DNA of 64,000 nucleotides from Caecitellus pseudoparvulus (lineage: Eukaryota; Protista; Bigyra: Bicosoecida). The notes under the pieces were generated by a model. That model searched no databases, was not told where the DNA came from, and was given only the letters and a program-made list of their open reading frames with translations. Shown one piece after another: positions 52,887 through 64,000 of the stretch. A program made the translations under genes and the position numbers. Position 1 is the stretch's first letter, and the number at the start of each line of letters is the position of its first letter. The stretch lies in assembly GCA_965644315.1 (NCBI GenBank), contig CBFFRQ010000068.1:992001-1056000 (forward strand), read 5' to 3'.

Positions 52887-55800
52887 TCATCCCCGCAGCA
52901 AGCCCAGCAAGTCAACCTCCACTCGCAGGAAGGCGATGGTAGCAGGGTGCAGGCAGAAGCGACACATGGGGGCAGCAGCCCCCGGAGACACGCCCGCACC
53001 CAGGCGCGCAGCAAAGGACGGAGGCGGCGTTGCCAGGCGGCTATGCCCGGGCGGGGAGGCTTGCCCCTCGCCCCGTTGCCGCCGGCCCTGAGCCTCTGCC
53101 CGTGCGCCTTCAAAGGGCTTGGACAGCGCTGGGTGGGCGGGCGCCTGTTGGTGCATGACGTCTTGCAGCCACTGGCTCAGGGCTTCGCGGCGCTGGGCCA
53201 GAACAGCAGGGTCGGTGTTGAACAGCCAGCGCTTGGGGGGGAACGCATCCACGCAGGACTGGGGCAGGGGCGGTGGGTGCCAGGACGCGGCGGCTCGCAT
53301 GTCGGCGCCCCGGGAGGAGGGCACGGGCGAGGGCGATGCGTCCTGCGCCAGCAGTGCCGTGGGCGGGACGAACCACAGCCAGGAAGCGTCAGCCTCGGGG
53401 GGAGCATCCGAAGGCGGAGGGGGCCCCCCGCCACTCGCGGCACCCCCCTCAGGCTCGTACGTCCCGCCCACACGCAGGAAGGCCTGCAACAGGGCGTGGA
53501 AGTCGGAGTACCGGTGCAGCACTGTCTTGTCCAGCACTGCCACGAAGCCGTCCTCATCTGTGGCCAGCTCAGCGACAGACGACAGACGGCTGGGCCGGGA
53601 CGCAGCGGGCTGTGGCGGCGGCGAGGCGGGCGCATCACCCGAGCCCGCCCCATCCTCACCCCCAGCTGCACCCTCAACCTCTATGGGCTGGGCATCGGAG
53701 GCACAGTCACCGTCACCTGGGGCGGCAGGGGGCGGCGCAGTGGTGGATGCCCCCACCACTCGCAGCGCATTCCCCCGCACTTTGACCTGCACCCGCACGT
53801 AGTACATGCCCACGCCGTCCATCAGCTCCACTCGCGGCACGGATGCCGAGCAGGACAGGTCGGCAGCTCGCAGGCGCCGACGCAACACCGCAAGGACACC
53901 CCCCGGCAGGCGCAAGGCGCGCAGGCGACTGCCGTCTCGTCGCACGTCACACCACTCCAGCCGCAGCGCAGCATCCACCGAGCCATGCCAGGAGAACAAC
54001 GGCCCCACGCGCTCTGAAGACTTGAGCATGGCGAGGAGGGCTGTGTGAGGGGTGAGGGTCGGGGGCCCCCCTGCGCCGGTGGCGCCCTCTTCCTCGCCGT
54101 CACTGGAGTCCGCGTCCCTCGGGGAGGTGGCGCGGAGGGGGGACATGGGGGGTGCCGCATACCCATGGCTGCCCAGCACCACAGTGGACAGCGGCTTCCA
54201 ATCCCCCACGCTGCTGCCCAGTGCGTACCAGTCATCCACAGTCAGCCCTTCAGAGTCAGAGCTCCCGGCATGGGGGCGCCTGGCCTCGCCCCCCGCCCCA
54301 GTGTCCTGCCACGTGACGCCTCGGGGTCCTGAGGGGGTGCCGGTAACTTCGGGAGGGGGGGGCTGCCCTCCACCTCCCTCCTCTGGCTCTGTCGGCACTG
54401 GGGAAGTTCGCGCCGAGGACACAATGCCCTGGCGGGGGGACAAGGGACCCCGCATAGACCCATCGCAAGGCGAGGAGGAGGGGGGAGACCCTCGTGTCCC
54501 CACCTCACTCGCCCGGCGCCCAGTGCCGCCCCAGCCACGGCGCCGGTGCAGCAGCACGCTGTCATCCACAGCCGTGCCTGGGACATGCCGCCCAGCAAGA
54601 GGCATGGCAGTCCCGCGGTGGTTGGTGGCTGGGGACAGCAACACCCCCGAGATGGGCGCTGCGGCAGACTTGGCACTGCGGGGGACACGGCGATAGGCGG
54701 GAGTGGGGGACAGCATGAGGGCAGGCAGGCGGGACTTGAAGCCGCTGGGGTTGCTCTTGAAGTTGACCACCTCCACGCCGATGTGGAAGTCGAAAGGCAG
54801 CTTGGCAAAGGCGCCCTCCACCAGGGTGTCCAGGATCTCAACCTCACACGCAGGCAGGGCCGCCGCCGCCGCCAGGACTGCGTTGAAGTCGATGTTTCGC
54901 ACGGCAGGCTTCAGGTTGGTCATGAACGTGTCTTCGTCCCAGTCCAGCAGCCCCGCTGAAGCCGCCAGCTCCAACAAGATGCCAGTCATGATGCGGTAGA
55001 GGATGTTGTCTTGGGTGTGCAGGAGGGGCGGAGGGGCGGGAGCTGGAGGCGGTAGAGCCCCCTTCGCGCCGGAGCCGAGCCCCCCTGGGGAGGCCCGCCG
55101 CCACCAGCTCTGCGACGTGCCGGGTGTGGAGGGCGTGCGAGGCGGCAAGCGCATGCCTGCCGCAGTCGCAGGTGGCGTGGACACAAAGAAGGTGCTGTGG
55201 GATGCTGTGCTGGCGGAGGAGGTGGCGCTGCTGGGCGCAGGCATGGAGGCGGTGGGGCGGCGCGGGGGCGTGGCCACAGCGGCCATGGCCTTCCCCAAGC
55301 GTGGCGACAGGGGCGAGATGGGCCCATCGTCCCGCAGGCGGAAGGTGCTGTTCATGAGCATGGAGCGGCGGCGGGAGGCGGCGCGTCGGAGGGATCGGGA
55401 GGACATGGGCGTGTTTGCGGAGTGCAGGGGGGGCGGGGAGGCGGGTGGGCCTCCCGTGGGGTACACCGTGCGGGAGGCGGCCAGGAGGTCCACCACCGCC
55501 ATGACGTGGGGCAGGGGCAGCACTGTAGAGAACATGGCTGTGGCCCACTCGATGACCATCCACTTGGGGAAGCCGCTAACGCTCATTTTGGAGTTCAGGC
55601 TGGCCTCGATGCTGGACGCGAAGCGCTGCAGGTACACCCTGAAACACTCCACGAACATGTCCAGGACGGGGGACCCCGCCGCGTACAGGCCCAGCAGCCC
55701 TGACGCCACCAGCAGCCAGTGCCCGATGCAGAACGCCTGCATCTCGTCCATGCCGTGCCCCACCAACAGCGCGGCAGCCAGCAGGTTCTGCCCCTGGCAG

Positions 55801-56255
55801 TACTCTCCTGAGGTGCTGGCCACCAAGGCCCGAACGACACGCTCCAAGGCCTGCCGGTTGGCAGTGCTGTCCACATCCCCTGCCGCCGCAGCGCCGTGAG
55901 TGGCCCCACCTTGCGCTTCGGCGCTGAACTGCTGCAACGTGCGGTGCATGTCCCGCTTCAGCGTCTTCAGCACCCGTTCGTTCAGCACCTCATCTAGCGC
56001 GTCCCCGAACGCGCTCTTGCCGAACGTCTGCACCACCTGCGGCACGGCAACAGCAGCGGCGCTTGGAGGCCGTGACACTGCCGTCAAGCCTGCGTCGACG
56101 GTGGCAAAGCGAGGTGCGTCAGGGTGCGTTGGGGAGCTGCCACGACATGACGTACCTGCCCATCGAGCCTTCCACTCCATGGCGAACAGCTCAGGCGGCA
56201 GGGAGGGGCCTGGGAGCCCCTGAGCACCGCGTGGGGTTGCCTTGCTGCACTGCAC
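52887..56255 (-). CDS. TBC (Rab-GAP) domain plus C-terminal PX domain protein; 5' end uncertain
   Basis: LKRDMHRT (Arg finger), YCQGQN (Gln finger), EWATAMFSTVLP. PX motifs HRYSDFHAL..FPPKRWLFNTDPAVLAQRREALSQWL. Confidence 0.8.
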   Translation of the reverse strand: MQCSKATPRGAQGLPGPSLPPELFAMEWKARWAGTSCRGSSPTHPDAPRFATVDAGLTAVSRPPSAAAVAVPQVVQTFGKSAFGDALDEVLNERVLKTLKRDMHRTLQQFSAEAQGGATHGAAAAGDVDSTANRQALERVVRALVASTSGEYCQGQNLLAAALLVGHGMDEMQAFCIGHWLLVASGLLGLYAAGSPVLDMFVECFRVYLQRFASSIEASLNSKMSVSGFPKWMVIEWATAMFSTVLPLPHVMAVVDLLAASRTVYPTGGPPASPPPLHSANTPMSSRSLRRAASRRRSMLMNSTFRLRDDGPISPLSPRLGKAMAAVATPPRRPTASMPAPSSATSSASTASHSTFFVSTPPATAAGMRLPPRTPSTPGTSQSWWRRASPGGLGSGAKGALPPPAPAPPPLLHTQDNILYRIMTGILLELAASAGLLDWDEDTFMTNLKPAVRNIDFNAVLAAAAALPACEVEILDTLVEGAFAKLPFDFHIGVEVVNFKSNPSGFKSRLPALMLSPTPAYRRVPRSAKSAAAPISGVLLSPATNHRGTAMPLAGRHVPGTAVDDSVLLHRRRGWGGTGRRASEVGTRGSPPSSSPCDGSMRGPLSPRQGIVSSARTSPVPTEPEEGGGGQPPPPEVTGTPSGPRGVTWQDTGAGGEARRPHAGSSDSEGLTVDDWYALGSSVGDWKPLSTVVLGSHGYAAPPMSPLRATSPRDADSSDGEEEGATGAGGPPTLTPHTALLAMLKSSERVGPLFSWHGSVDAALRLEWCDVRRDGSRLRALRLPGGVLAVLRRRLRAADLSCSASVPRVELMDGVGMYYVRVQVKVRGNALRVVGASTTAPPPAAPGDGDCASDAQPIEVEGAAGGEDGAGSGDAPASPPPQPAASRPSRLSSVAELATDEDGFVAVLDKTVLHRYSDFHALLQAFLRVGGTYEPEGGAASGGGPPPPSDAPPEADASWLWFVPPTALLAQDASPSPVPSSRGADMRAAASWHPPPLPQSCVDAFPPKRWLFNTDPAVLAQRREALSQWLQDVMHQQAPAHPALSKPFEGARAEAQGRRQRGEGQASPPGHSRLATPPPSFAARLGAGVSPGAAAPMCRFCLHPATIAFLRVEVDLLGLLRG

Positions 56256-56575
56256 TTCAGTGAATCAAATTCCGCTCTCGCCACGCTCTGCGCCCACCAC
56301 TGCATGCAGCTGCGCAGGTTGCGAGCGCAGGCTAGCCATCTGTGCACAAGAGAAGACTTCGCAAGGTCTTTGACTCGTCAGGTGGGTTGTCTCCTCTCGG
56401 CCTTATTGCAGGATGGCCGAGTATCTTTGCAGTCACGCTCCAGGCACCACGCCTGCTCCTCCTCTACAGCGCGGCGGCCGTTCAAAACTGACTGTGAGGC
56501 CGAAGTTTTGTATCCTTGTTCCAAACAGCACACCATTTCGCTGCTTCTTTCCCTTCAGCACTGCGCATCGCCACC

Positions 56576-57414
56576 ATGGCATCAGCAGCGCCAGCACAGG
56601 CTCGCCTTCGAGCCATCGTCACTGGCGCCAGCAGTGGCATCGGCCGTGCAGCTGTCGCCCTGCTGGCGAAGCAGTACAGCCTGCAGGTGTTGCTTGTGGG
56701 CAGGCAAGAGGCAGCCCTGAAAGAGGTCGCTGCCAGCGTGCAGGCTGCAGGCGGCGTTGGCGTGCCTTGTGTCTGTGACGTGGCAGACGCAGCGGCCGTC
56801 TCTGCAGCGTGGGATACCTTCCTCGCAGAGGTGGGGCCGCAGCCCGACTTCGTGCTGCTCAACGCGGGGCTAAACCGGGGTGGGACCTGTGCGGAGATAT
56901 CTGAGGCCGACTTCGACCTCGTCATGAGTGTGGTGCGTCATGCGGCAGCTGCCAGCTGCGTCACATACGCCGCAGCCGTCACAATTCTTCCCGCCCGGCC
57001 GGCGCCGCACAGAACGTCAAAGGTGTGTGGTCTTGGCTGCCTCACATAGTCCCTGCCATGACAGCGGCAAAGGCGGGGCAGATCGTCGTCACTTCCAGCG
57101 TGCTGGGCATGCAAACCATGCCCGGCTATGGCGCGTACTGCGCCTCAAAGTTCGCAGTACAGGGGCTCATTGGGGCCCTGCGCGGGGAACTGGATGGCAC
57201 GGGCGTGAAGGCTGCCACGGTGAACCCCGCTGCAGTCGCCACGCCGTGGTGGAGCGAGCCAGAGAGGGGCGGCAAGTCCGGCGCTGTCCCGGACTTCCCC
57301 AAGCTGACGCCAGAGGATGTGGCAGAGGCCATCGTGAGCATCCTGCGACAGGCACCGACCTGTGACATCGACCACGTCATTCTGAAGCCGGGCGTCCCCG
57401 CAAAGGACGCTTGA
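56576..57414 (+). CDS. Short-chain dehydrogenase/reductase (classical SDR)
   Basis: GCCACCATGG start, TGASSGIG, LNAG, intron about 56932-57011, SSVLG, YCASKF catalytic motif. Confidence 0.92.
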
Positions 57415-57610
57415 GGCGATGTGCCCTTGACGTGATGGGCCCGCCGCAGCAATGGCCGCGACGCGGCACTTCAAATCAATGCACGGGCGACCCTCACTTG
57501 CAGGGCGTTGCCGCGCCCCACATGTGCTCTTCGCCCTGTCTTCTGGCGGTTTCCAAGAGCAACTGTAAGGGGGTGCAAGTGGTGCATGAGCAATCTGCAC
57601 AGCACCAGGC

Positions 57611-60600
57611 ATGGCGGCTGGCACCAGCACCGATGGCTCGACAGCGGTGCTAAGCATGGGAGGACACGAAGTGACTGTGACAGTGCAGGACATCATCGGG
57701 GACGATGGCACTGTTGCAGAGTTCGCGCAGTTTCTGGAGGCGGAGGAGGTGCCGCTGCAGATGTGGTGGCAGGCGGGGGTGAGTTTTGCTGCAGTGCTCA
57801 GACGTCCGCAGGCCAAGTTGGCGCTGGCTGAGCGGCACCCTTGTGCGCCTCACGCTCCTCGCGCAGATGCTCTTGTACCGCACGAAGAAGTACGCAGAGA
57901 TGCAGGCGTTGTTTGATCATGCAAGCTGTGAGTCCGGCCCACTGCGCAAGCTGCAGCGAGCCTGGCTCAAAGTCCGCACTCCGCCCACCCGCCTCCCAAC
58001 CACCCCCGCAGCCCTGGCCAGCAGGCCAGCCTTCAGCTCCCCAGAGCAGATGAAAGTTCTTCAGCAAATGTCTCTCGCTGCTGGCACGTCCATGCTGGCC
58101 CAGGCGCTGAGCCTCCCCAAGCAGGACCTGGCCAAGCCCTCCACTATGGAGCAGGTGCAGCGAGCCTCCACCGCACTGAGCCGCGCGCAGGCAACTGCGA
58201 CTGAGCACATCGACTCATGGGGCAACTTTATGACGGAGGTGTCTTCCGGTCTGTTGTACATGACGCAGGCCCTCGCAGCTGGCGTGCAGGCGGCTTCTGG
58301 CTCCACCGGCAACCGCCCTGTCACCATGCTCAAGGAGGCTGGCCGCCGCTTTGCTGCCGCACAGTCTGCATTTCGTGTGGCATACCCTCATGGATCCCCC
58401 ACAGCAGCATTGTTGGGCTCGGGTGTCATTGCGCTGGCTTTGAACAAGCCGGAGGAAGCCTTCACCGAGTTCCGCACAGCGCTGCAGGAGAACCCCTCTG
58501 GCGCCGGCGCCTCAGCTCGCCTCGGCCTGGGTTACGCCCTGTATGCTCTAGGTCACCAACAGGAAGCATACACAGCGTTTAGGGCTGCCTTGGACTTGGA
58601 CATGGACAACGCAGACGCCATTTGTGGCATGGCCCTGCACCTGGCTGCCTCCAAGTCCCTGGCTGGGGAAGACGGCGGCAAGAGCCGCCAGGAGCTGGAG
58701 GCAGAGCGCCTCGGGCAGGTGTACAGCCTCCTGCAGGAAGCTCGTGCCAAGAGCCCCCACAATGCCCAAGTGCTGAACCAACTCAGCCGGGTGGCCTTCA
58801 TTCGGTGGGTGCCGCTCACGGGCCTGAGCGGCGAGGCGCTCACCGCCTCCGCTGGGAGCTACGCGACGTACATCACCATGTCACAGCCCAGCGCCGAGCG
58901 CTTGCATGGGGGCATGGTGCTGCGCCTGTCTGGCCAGGACGCGTCAGGCAAGCGCGTGGCGGCGCTCGTCACGCTGCGGGCGGGGGACCCTGTGCTGGGC
59001 CTGGACCCCTCAGGCGCCCAGCGCGTCGCCATCGCGGGGCACATCGGTCCAGCCCCCCTCGAGGGCGCGGCTGTGACATGGCGCAACCTGCAAGATTCCC
59101 TCACTTTCGCCAAGCTGGCCGTGGGGCAGACCACTAATCGGCGCCTGCAAGCAGAGAGCCACATGCTCATCGGGCGGGCCTGTCACGCGTTGGGCCGCCG
59201 GTCTGACGCCATGGCCGCCTACAAAACTTGCTTGGACCTGAGTCGTAAGACTCCTGGCGGCGAGATTTCTGTGGCACTGGTGGGACTGGCCCGCATGGGC
59301 ATGCTGGGGCATGCAGAAGCTGCCAACCAGGCCAAGCAGCAGTTAGAACTACTGGAGCGTCGAGACCGCAACGCGGAGGTCCTGAAGTTGCTGGGCTACA
59401 TGAACCTGCTCAAGGCTGAGGCGCTGTCGCAGCAAATGTCCAAGGCTGGCAGCTTGTCCAAGGAGGAGCGCAGCAAACTCATGGCCAGTGCGGCGGCTTC
59501 CCGCCAGAAGGCGCTGCAGCGCCTGGGTGATGCTGCCGAGATGGCTTCCCACGACCACGAGGCGTGGCTGTTGCTGGCGCGGTGCAACCAAGGCATCCTC
59601 ACCGAGGCTGCTCGCACGCGGGCCTTGAAGGCCTACCGCAAGGCAGCCCGCGGCGTGCTGCGGCACAACGCCGCCCCGCCCACCGCCCTGTGCAACAACT
59701 GGGCGGTGCTGGAGCTTCGTGCGGGCAACTGGGCCAACGCGGAAAGGCTGCTGAAAATGGGCCTAATGCCGCTGTTGCACAGCCTGCTGCCGCCTGGCGC
59801 AGCGCCAGAGGTGGCTGAGTCCGCCGAGCACAAACAGAGAGTGCTGTACAGCCCCAGTGGCGTGTCCCTGGCTTTCAACTTGGCCGTGCTGCGGGAGGGG
59901 CAGGGCGACCGCCGCAGCGCGCACGACATGCTGCGCAACATCCTGTCCTCCATCCCCACCTACGTTGACGCGGCAGTGCGCCTGGCGCGCTTGCGACGGG
60001 ACGATGGCGACGTCGACGGCGCGAAAGAGTGGCTGCACCGTGTCCTGCTCATGACGGACAAAGGCGTCAAGTGGACAGACGTGGCGGAGGCAGTGCCCGT
60101 GACAGACGTGCCACGCATCGTCCCAGCAGGGGAGCCAGGCGCACAGGCGGGTGCACCACCCCTGGAGCACTTTGCCGCGCCTGCCCGACGCAGGGCCGAG
60201 GCCCGCGCCGCCGCACTGTGCCTGCTGGCAGCACTGGCGGAGGAGGAGGGAGACACCGCCACCGCATTGGCCAGGTACAAGCAGGCTGAGGAGGCGACTG
60301 GAGCCGGTAACTTTGACCCATACGTCGCCGTGGCCAAGGTGAACCTGAAGCTGGCCAGCGTGCACAAGCGAGATGCAGCCGAAGCCAGCAGCAAGGACCG
60401 CGCGTCAGTTGAGGCAGAGCACCTTGTGTGGCCAGAGCGGGCTGACACGCTCTCTGACATCGTGCGCCAGCTGAAGCACGAGCTATCCCTGCACCCCGGC
60501 AACCTCATGGCTGCCAACGGACTCGGCGTGGCGCTGGCAGAGCAGGGCCGGCTGCAACTTGCGCAAACTGTCTTCTCCAACGTCTGGGAGGTGTCGCAGG

Positions 60601-62414
60601 ACATCGGCTGTGTCGCCGTGAACCGTGGCATCATCCAGCAGGCCATGGGCAACCACGCAGCTGCGCAGCAGCAGTTCAAGTATGCCCTGTCGAAGTTTTA
60701 CGGCTCGCTTAACATGGACGAAGAACTGCGAGCAATGGCTGAAAGCGATTTGACGTTGGACCTGGAGGTGGTGCAGCCAGAGCGATACCCGACCGTGGAG
60801 GCCATGGTGGAGGCGGTGTCAAACAACACCGCAAAAGACATGCAGGAGCTGCCCCGCGCGCTGGGGGAGGCGGCAGTGTCTGACACGCGCGCCCTGACGC
60901 GGGCCACGCCGGCCGCCACCCAGGCAGTGCTCATGGCTCTTGCCAGGTCCCTGCACACCTCTGGCAAGTTCGAGGAGTCGGCGCGCACTCTACGCATTGC
61001 ATTGGAGCTGTCCCCCATGGACCCCCGCCTGTGGTTCAACCTGGGCTTCACCTACGGTGAGTACGCGGCTGCGTCGTTCAAGCGCGTATCTGACCAAGCC
61101 GCTGACAGCAGCGTGAGCCTGTCTGACATGAAGGCGGCCATGCGTCGTCTACGCAAGTGCTTGCACATCATGAAGTGGCTGGCCCGCGTGGTGGACGGCG
61201 TGCGCGCTCACGCAGAGGCATCATGGCGGCAGCAGAGCGGCAAGGCCACTGATGCTGACATGGACGAGCACGACCACTCTGCCTTGCAGCGCGTGCTGCA
61301 AGCATCGGTGGACGTGTCTACATTAGGTGTCGCGGTGACGTCGCTGAACCTGTACATCCAGCACTCCGAGAAGAACCTGGAAGCCGCAGCACCCGTCTTG
61401 GACGCCATCGAGCGAGCCGATGCCGTGAAGGAGGCAGAGGCGGCGGAGCGCGTTGCTGCAGCTGCCCGCCGGGAGGCCCAGCGCAAGCGTGAGGCAGAGG
61501 CAAAGGCAGCTGAAGCAGAGCGCGAGAGGCAGGAGGCGCAGGCTGCTGCAGCCCTGCTTGCTGCAACAGCTGAGGCCAAGCGCAAGCAAGACTTGGCGAG
61601 GGAGGCTGCCTCGGCAACCGCTGCAGTGAACCGAAAGAAGGTGGGGAAGGCAGCAGGGGCGATGCGGGCGCGAGATCGGGCTGCGCTGGGGAAGGATTCC
61701 TGGCGGGCGGAGGTATTCGACACGTTGCCGGAGTACGACTCTGAGGATGAGGCCCTCCTGCTCTCACGGGGTGTGACTGGGGGCACCGATGCAGCAGGGC
61801 TGTTACAAGGCCCGGCAGCAGCCGTGTACGCTGGCGACGAGACTGCAGCCAAAGCTGTGCTTTCTGCAGAGGGGGAAGTGGACGTGGACCCCGCGCCCAT
61901 CACTTCGGATGCGATAGATGCCCTGTTCGTCTTTGATGGCTTTGATTTGCTGGAGCTGGCTGGTGGGCACCTGTTGGCTACGGATGTTGGCGGGAGGGCT
62001 GCGACCGGCATGGCTGAGGGCGAGTTCGGGGGACATGGAAGCGACGATGAGGGGGATGTCGAGGCGCTGTTTGGAACAGATGACGAAGATGACGACGATG
62101 TAACCCAGACCGCGTCAGGAGCGGGAGCGGGCGGTCAGCCAAGCCTGCAGCGGATGGACTCGGCGGCGACACAACCAGAGACCCCTGCTGAAACTCAGGC
62201 AGAAACCCAGGCAGAAACCCAGGCAGAAACTCAAGCCGAAGCCTTGGCAGAAACTCAAGCCGAAACTCAAGCTGAAACCCAGGCAGATACTCAAGCTGAA
62301 ACCCAGCCGACAGTGGGCGGGCACAAGCGCCCGAACGTGGTGGAGTCAGACAGCGACTCCGGCAGCGAAGCTGCCTCCAGCAGCAAGCGGGCCCGAAAAG
62401 AAGAAAGCATGTGA
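57611..62414 (+). CDS. CTR9: PAF1 complex subunit CTR9 (TPR protein)
   Basis: HPGNLMAANGLGVALAEQGRLQLAQTVFSNVWE..VAVNRG..FKYALSKFY, FNLAVLRE..PTYVDAAVRL, PMDPRLWFNLG, then a coiled coil and an acidic tail. Exon 1 57611-57777. Confidence 0.88.
62187..62306 (+). repeat. 12-bp coding minisatellite, 10 units, encoding (AETQ)n
   Basis: GC(A/T/C)GAAAC(T/C)CA(G/A) x10, translating AETQ x4, AEAL, AETQ x3, ADTQ, AETQ. Confidence 0.95.
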
Positions 62415-62426
62415 AGATCAATGCAC

Positions 62427-64000
62427 TCAGCTACTTCGTAGAGTCTGCAGCAAGTCACTCAGAGAGTCCTCCTGAGCCACAGCGGACACCGCGACGACGT
62501 CGAAGGCCAGCTCCGGCAACTTTCGTGTCAGTGCTGAGAGGCGTGTGCCACGTGCAGTTGGCAACGAAACACGTGCTTGGGACGCTGGCGCACCCGGGAC
62601 TGCAAAAGCCCGCCTCTCACACTTCTCATCAGGGAGGTGCAGCCAGTCCCCAATCCTCCATCGCAACTCTGCAAGGGAGCGCAGAGACGCTGCATCTCCA
62701 CCCTCACTGGGCAGGCAAGACTTGAACCGCTGCTTCACGATGACGTCTACAGTTGGTGTCCAGCGGTATTGTTGGCGTGCTCCTTGCAAAGGAAGCAGGT
62801 CATGCACCCACGCTTCGCAGTGGGATTCCCGCGGTGCAGCCACGTCCACCCCCTGCACAGACCTTCCGGTTTGGCTTGAAACGGCAACTTCCACACACAG
62901 CCAGCTACTCAGAGCGTCCACTCCGACATCCAGATCGACTTTCAAGCCTGCAAGGTGGTGCAGCGCAGCGTCCCAGGGACTGGAGCGTTTGCTTTTCGGG
63001 CCATTCAAGTTCAGGTGAACTGACCAGGCATGGCCACTGGCATCCACAGGCTGCCCTTCAATCCACGGGAGGCGAGCGGAGTTGTTCTGCAGTGTACCGG
63101 AAAACGAAATACAGCTAGCTTGGGCCTGCAGGTCTCTAGCAGCCGTCATCCACCACTCTGCCCGGCATGTTGGAATGCCAGCCATGGCCCACGAGGTGGA
63201 CCCCTGCGCAAAGGCCACTGCCTCTCCGGTGCCATCAACAATGCTCCACATGCTCTTGCAATCGTGAAGCGACGGGCCCACAGAAAACCACAAGCACGCC
63301 GCCCTGCGAACACGTAGCCGCGTTGTCGCGTGGTTCAGGCCCTTTGCTCCCCCGAGGACTAACTCAGAGAGCGTCGAGAACCGCACCGTTCGTGGTTGAA
63401 ACGACTCGCCGCCACACAGCGGGCCACCAAGAATGAATAGATCACTTGCCGAAGTGCACACTGCGTATGGCTGCACTGTGTACCTGGACACATGGCGCTG
63501 CGTGTTTGTGATGCGCACGGTGCAACCTGGGGCTAGGGCCGCCGGTGGTGGCGTTGTGGCCAAACACTTCACAAATACAGCCACAGAATTCATGTGCGAG
63601 TCGACTACAGTCACTCGCCAAGACTGGTCCTGCCTGCTTGCCCGGGGAGCAGTACTGGCGTCCACATGGACCGAAACAACAGTGCCGACAACATCGAAAA
63701 GCGATGTGACCCCCAGTGATCGTGTCTTGGGAGGCTTCGCCAGGCTGGTGCCCGCAAGCTCTGACACAAGTGGCGGTAAAGTAAGCGCATCTTCCCTGAG
63801 CCAACCGAGCGGCATGCACCCCCTCGGGCTGTCGGAGAGCGGACCAGGCTGGAGCCGCACAGGTGGCCCTGCATCTGAGGGTTTAGATATTACACTTCCC
63901 GGAGGAATTGGGCTCTGCATCAGGAAGGTACTTTGGGAGCCGATAAAAGTCATCCATGTGGCCCTTCTAGAACCTTCGCATGTCAATATTGTGACGTGCA
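62427..64000 (-). CDS. CTC1: CTC1-like OB-fold protein (CST telomere complex), C-terminal part; start lies beyond the window
   Basis: DVVGTVVSV..VTVVD..VAVFV..PAALAPGCTVRITNTQRHVSRYTVQPY and IVDGTGEAVAF recall the CTC1 C-terminal OB motifs (GLLPGARVxFxxLxxxVSR; EDGTAEA). Confidence 0.6.
   Translation of the reverse strand, partial: HVTILTCEGSRRATWMTFIGSQSTFLMQSPIPPGSVISKPSDAGPPVRLQPGPLSDSPRGCMPLGWLREDALTLPPLVSELAGTSLAKPPKTRSLGVTSLFDVVGTVVSVHVDASTAPRASRQDQSWRVTVVDSHMNSVAVFVKCLATTPPPAALAPGCTVRITNTQRHVSRYTVQPYAVCTSASDLFILGGPLCGGESFQPRTVRFSTLSELVLGGAKGLNHATTRLRVRRAACLWFSVGPSLHDCKSMWSIVDGTGEAVAFAQGSTSWAMAGIPTCRAEWWMTAARDLQAQASCISFSGTLQNNSARLPWIEGQPVDASGHAWSVHLNLNGPKSKRSSPWDAALHHLAGLKVDLDVGVDALSSWLCVEVAVSSQTGRSVQGVDVAAPRESHCEAWVHDLLPLQGARQQYRWTPTVDVIVKQRFKSCLPSEGGDAASLRSLAELRWRIGDWLHLPDEKCERRAFAVPGAPASQARVSLPTARGTRLSALTRKLPELAFDVVAVSAVAQEDSLSDLLQTLRSS

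Overview
This is eukaryotic nuclear DNA, not prokaryotic. It is GC-rich and very gene-dense, with short GT-AG introns (donors mostly GTGCG/GTGAG, acceptors CAG), so many ORF-track entries are single exons, intron read-throughs or antisense shadows. IFT88, TEX9 and RNF32 point to a flagellated protist; a heterotrophic stramenopile is my guess and is inference only. About 27 ordinary genes fill the window. They include SNAPC4-like Myb, YhhN/TMEM86, 1-Cys peroxiredoxin, dynein LIC, IFT88, Kelch-BTB, FHA coiled-coil, PAH, SLC35B4, FKBP-TPR, BTF3, TEX9, BAR, SRD5A, RNF32, CWC24, PPR, ankyrin, ABITRAM, ELMOD, PMM, TBC-PX, SDR, CTR9 and CTC1-like. The one accessory region is about 30.8-36.9 kb. It holds an intron-poor gene with a helical N-terminus, a degenerate kinase-like domain and 15 near-identical 114-bp (38-aa) ankyrin repeats whose binding-face modules are shuffled combinatorially. 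The repeat array is split by a 2.69-kb insertion (32672-35358) with the structure of a non-autonomous Helentron/Helitron2-type rolling-circle element: asymmetric 13-bp subterminal inverted repeats, terminal hairpins, T-rich ends and no TSD. The insertion carries an internal 2 x 530-bp tandem duplication. Its end supplies a pyrimidine tract, CTAAC and AG that could let it be spliced out in frame. All family assignments come from motif recognition by eye; no database searches were run.
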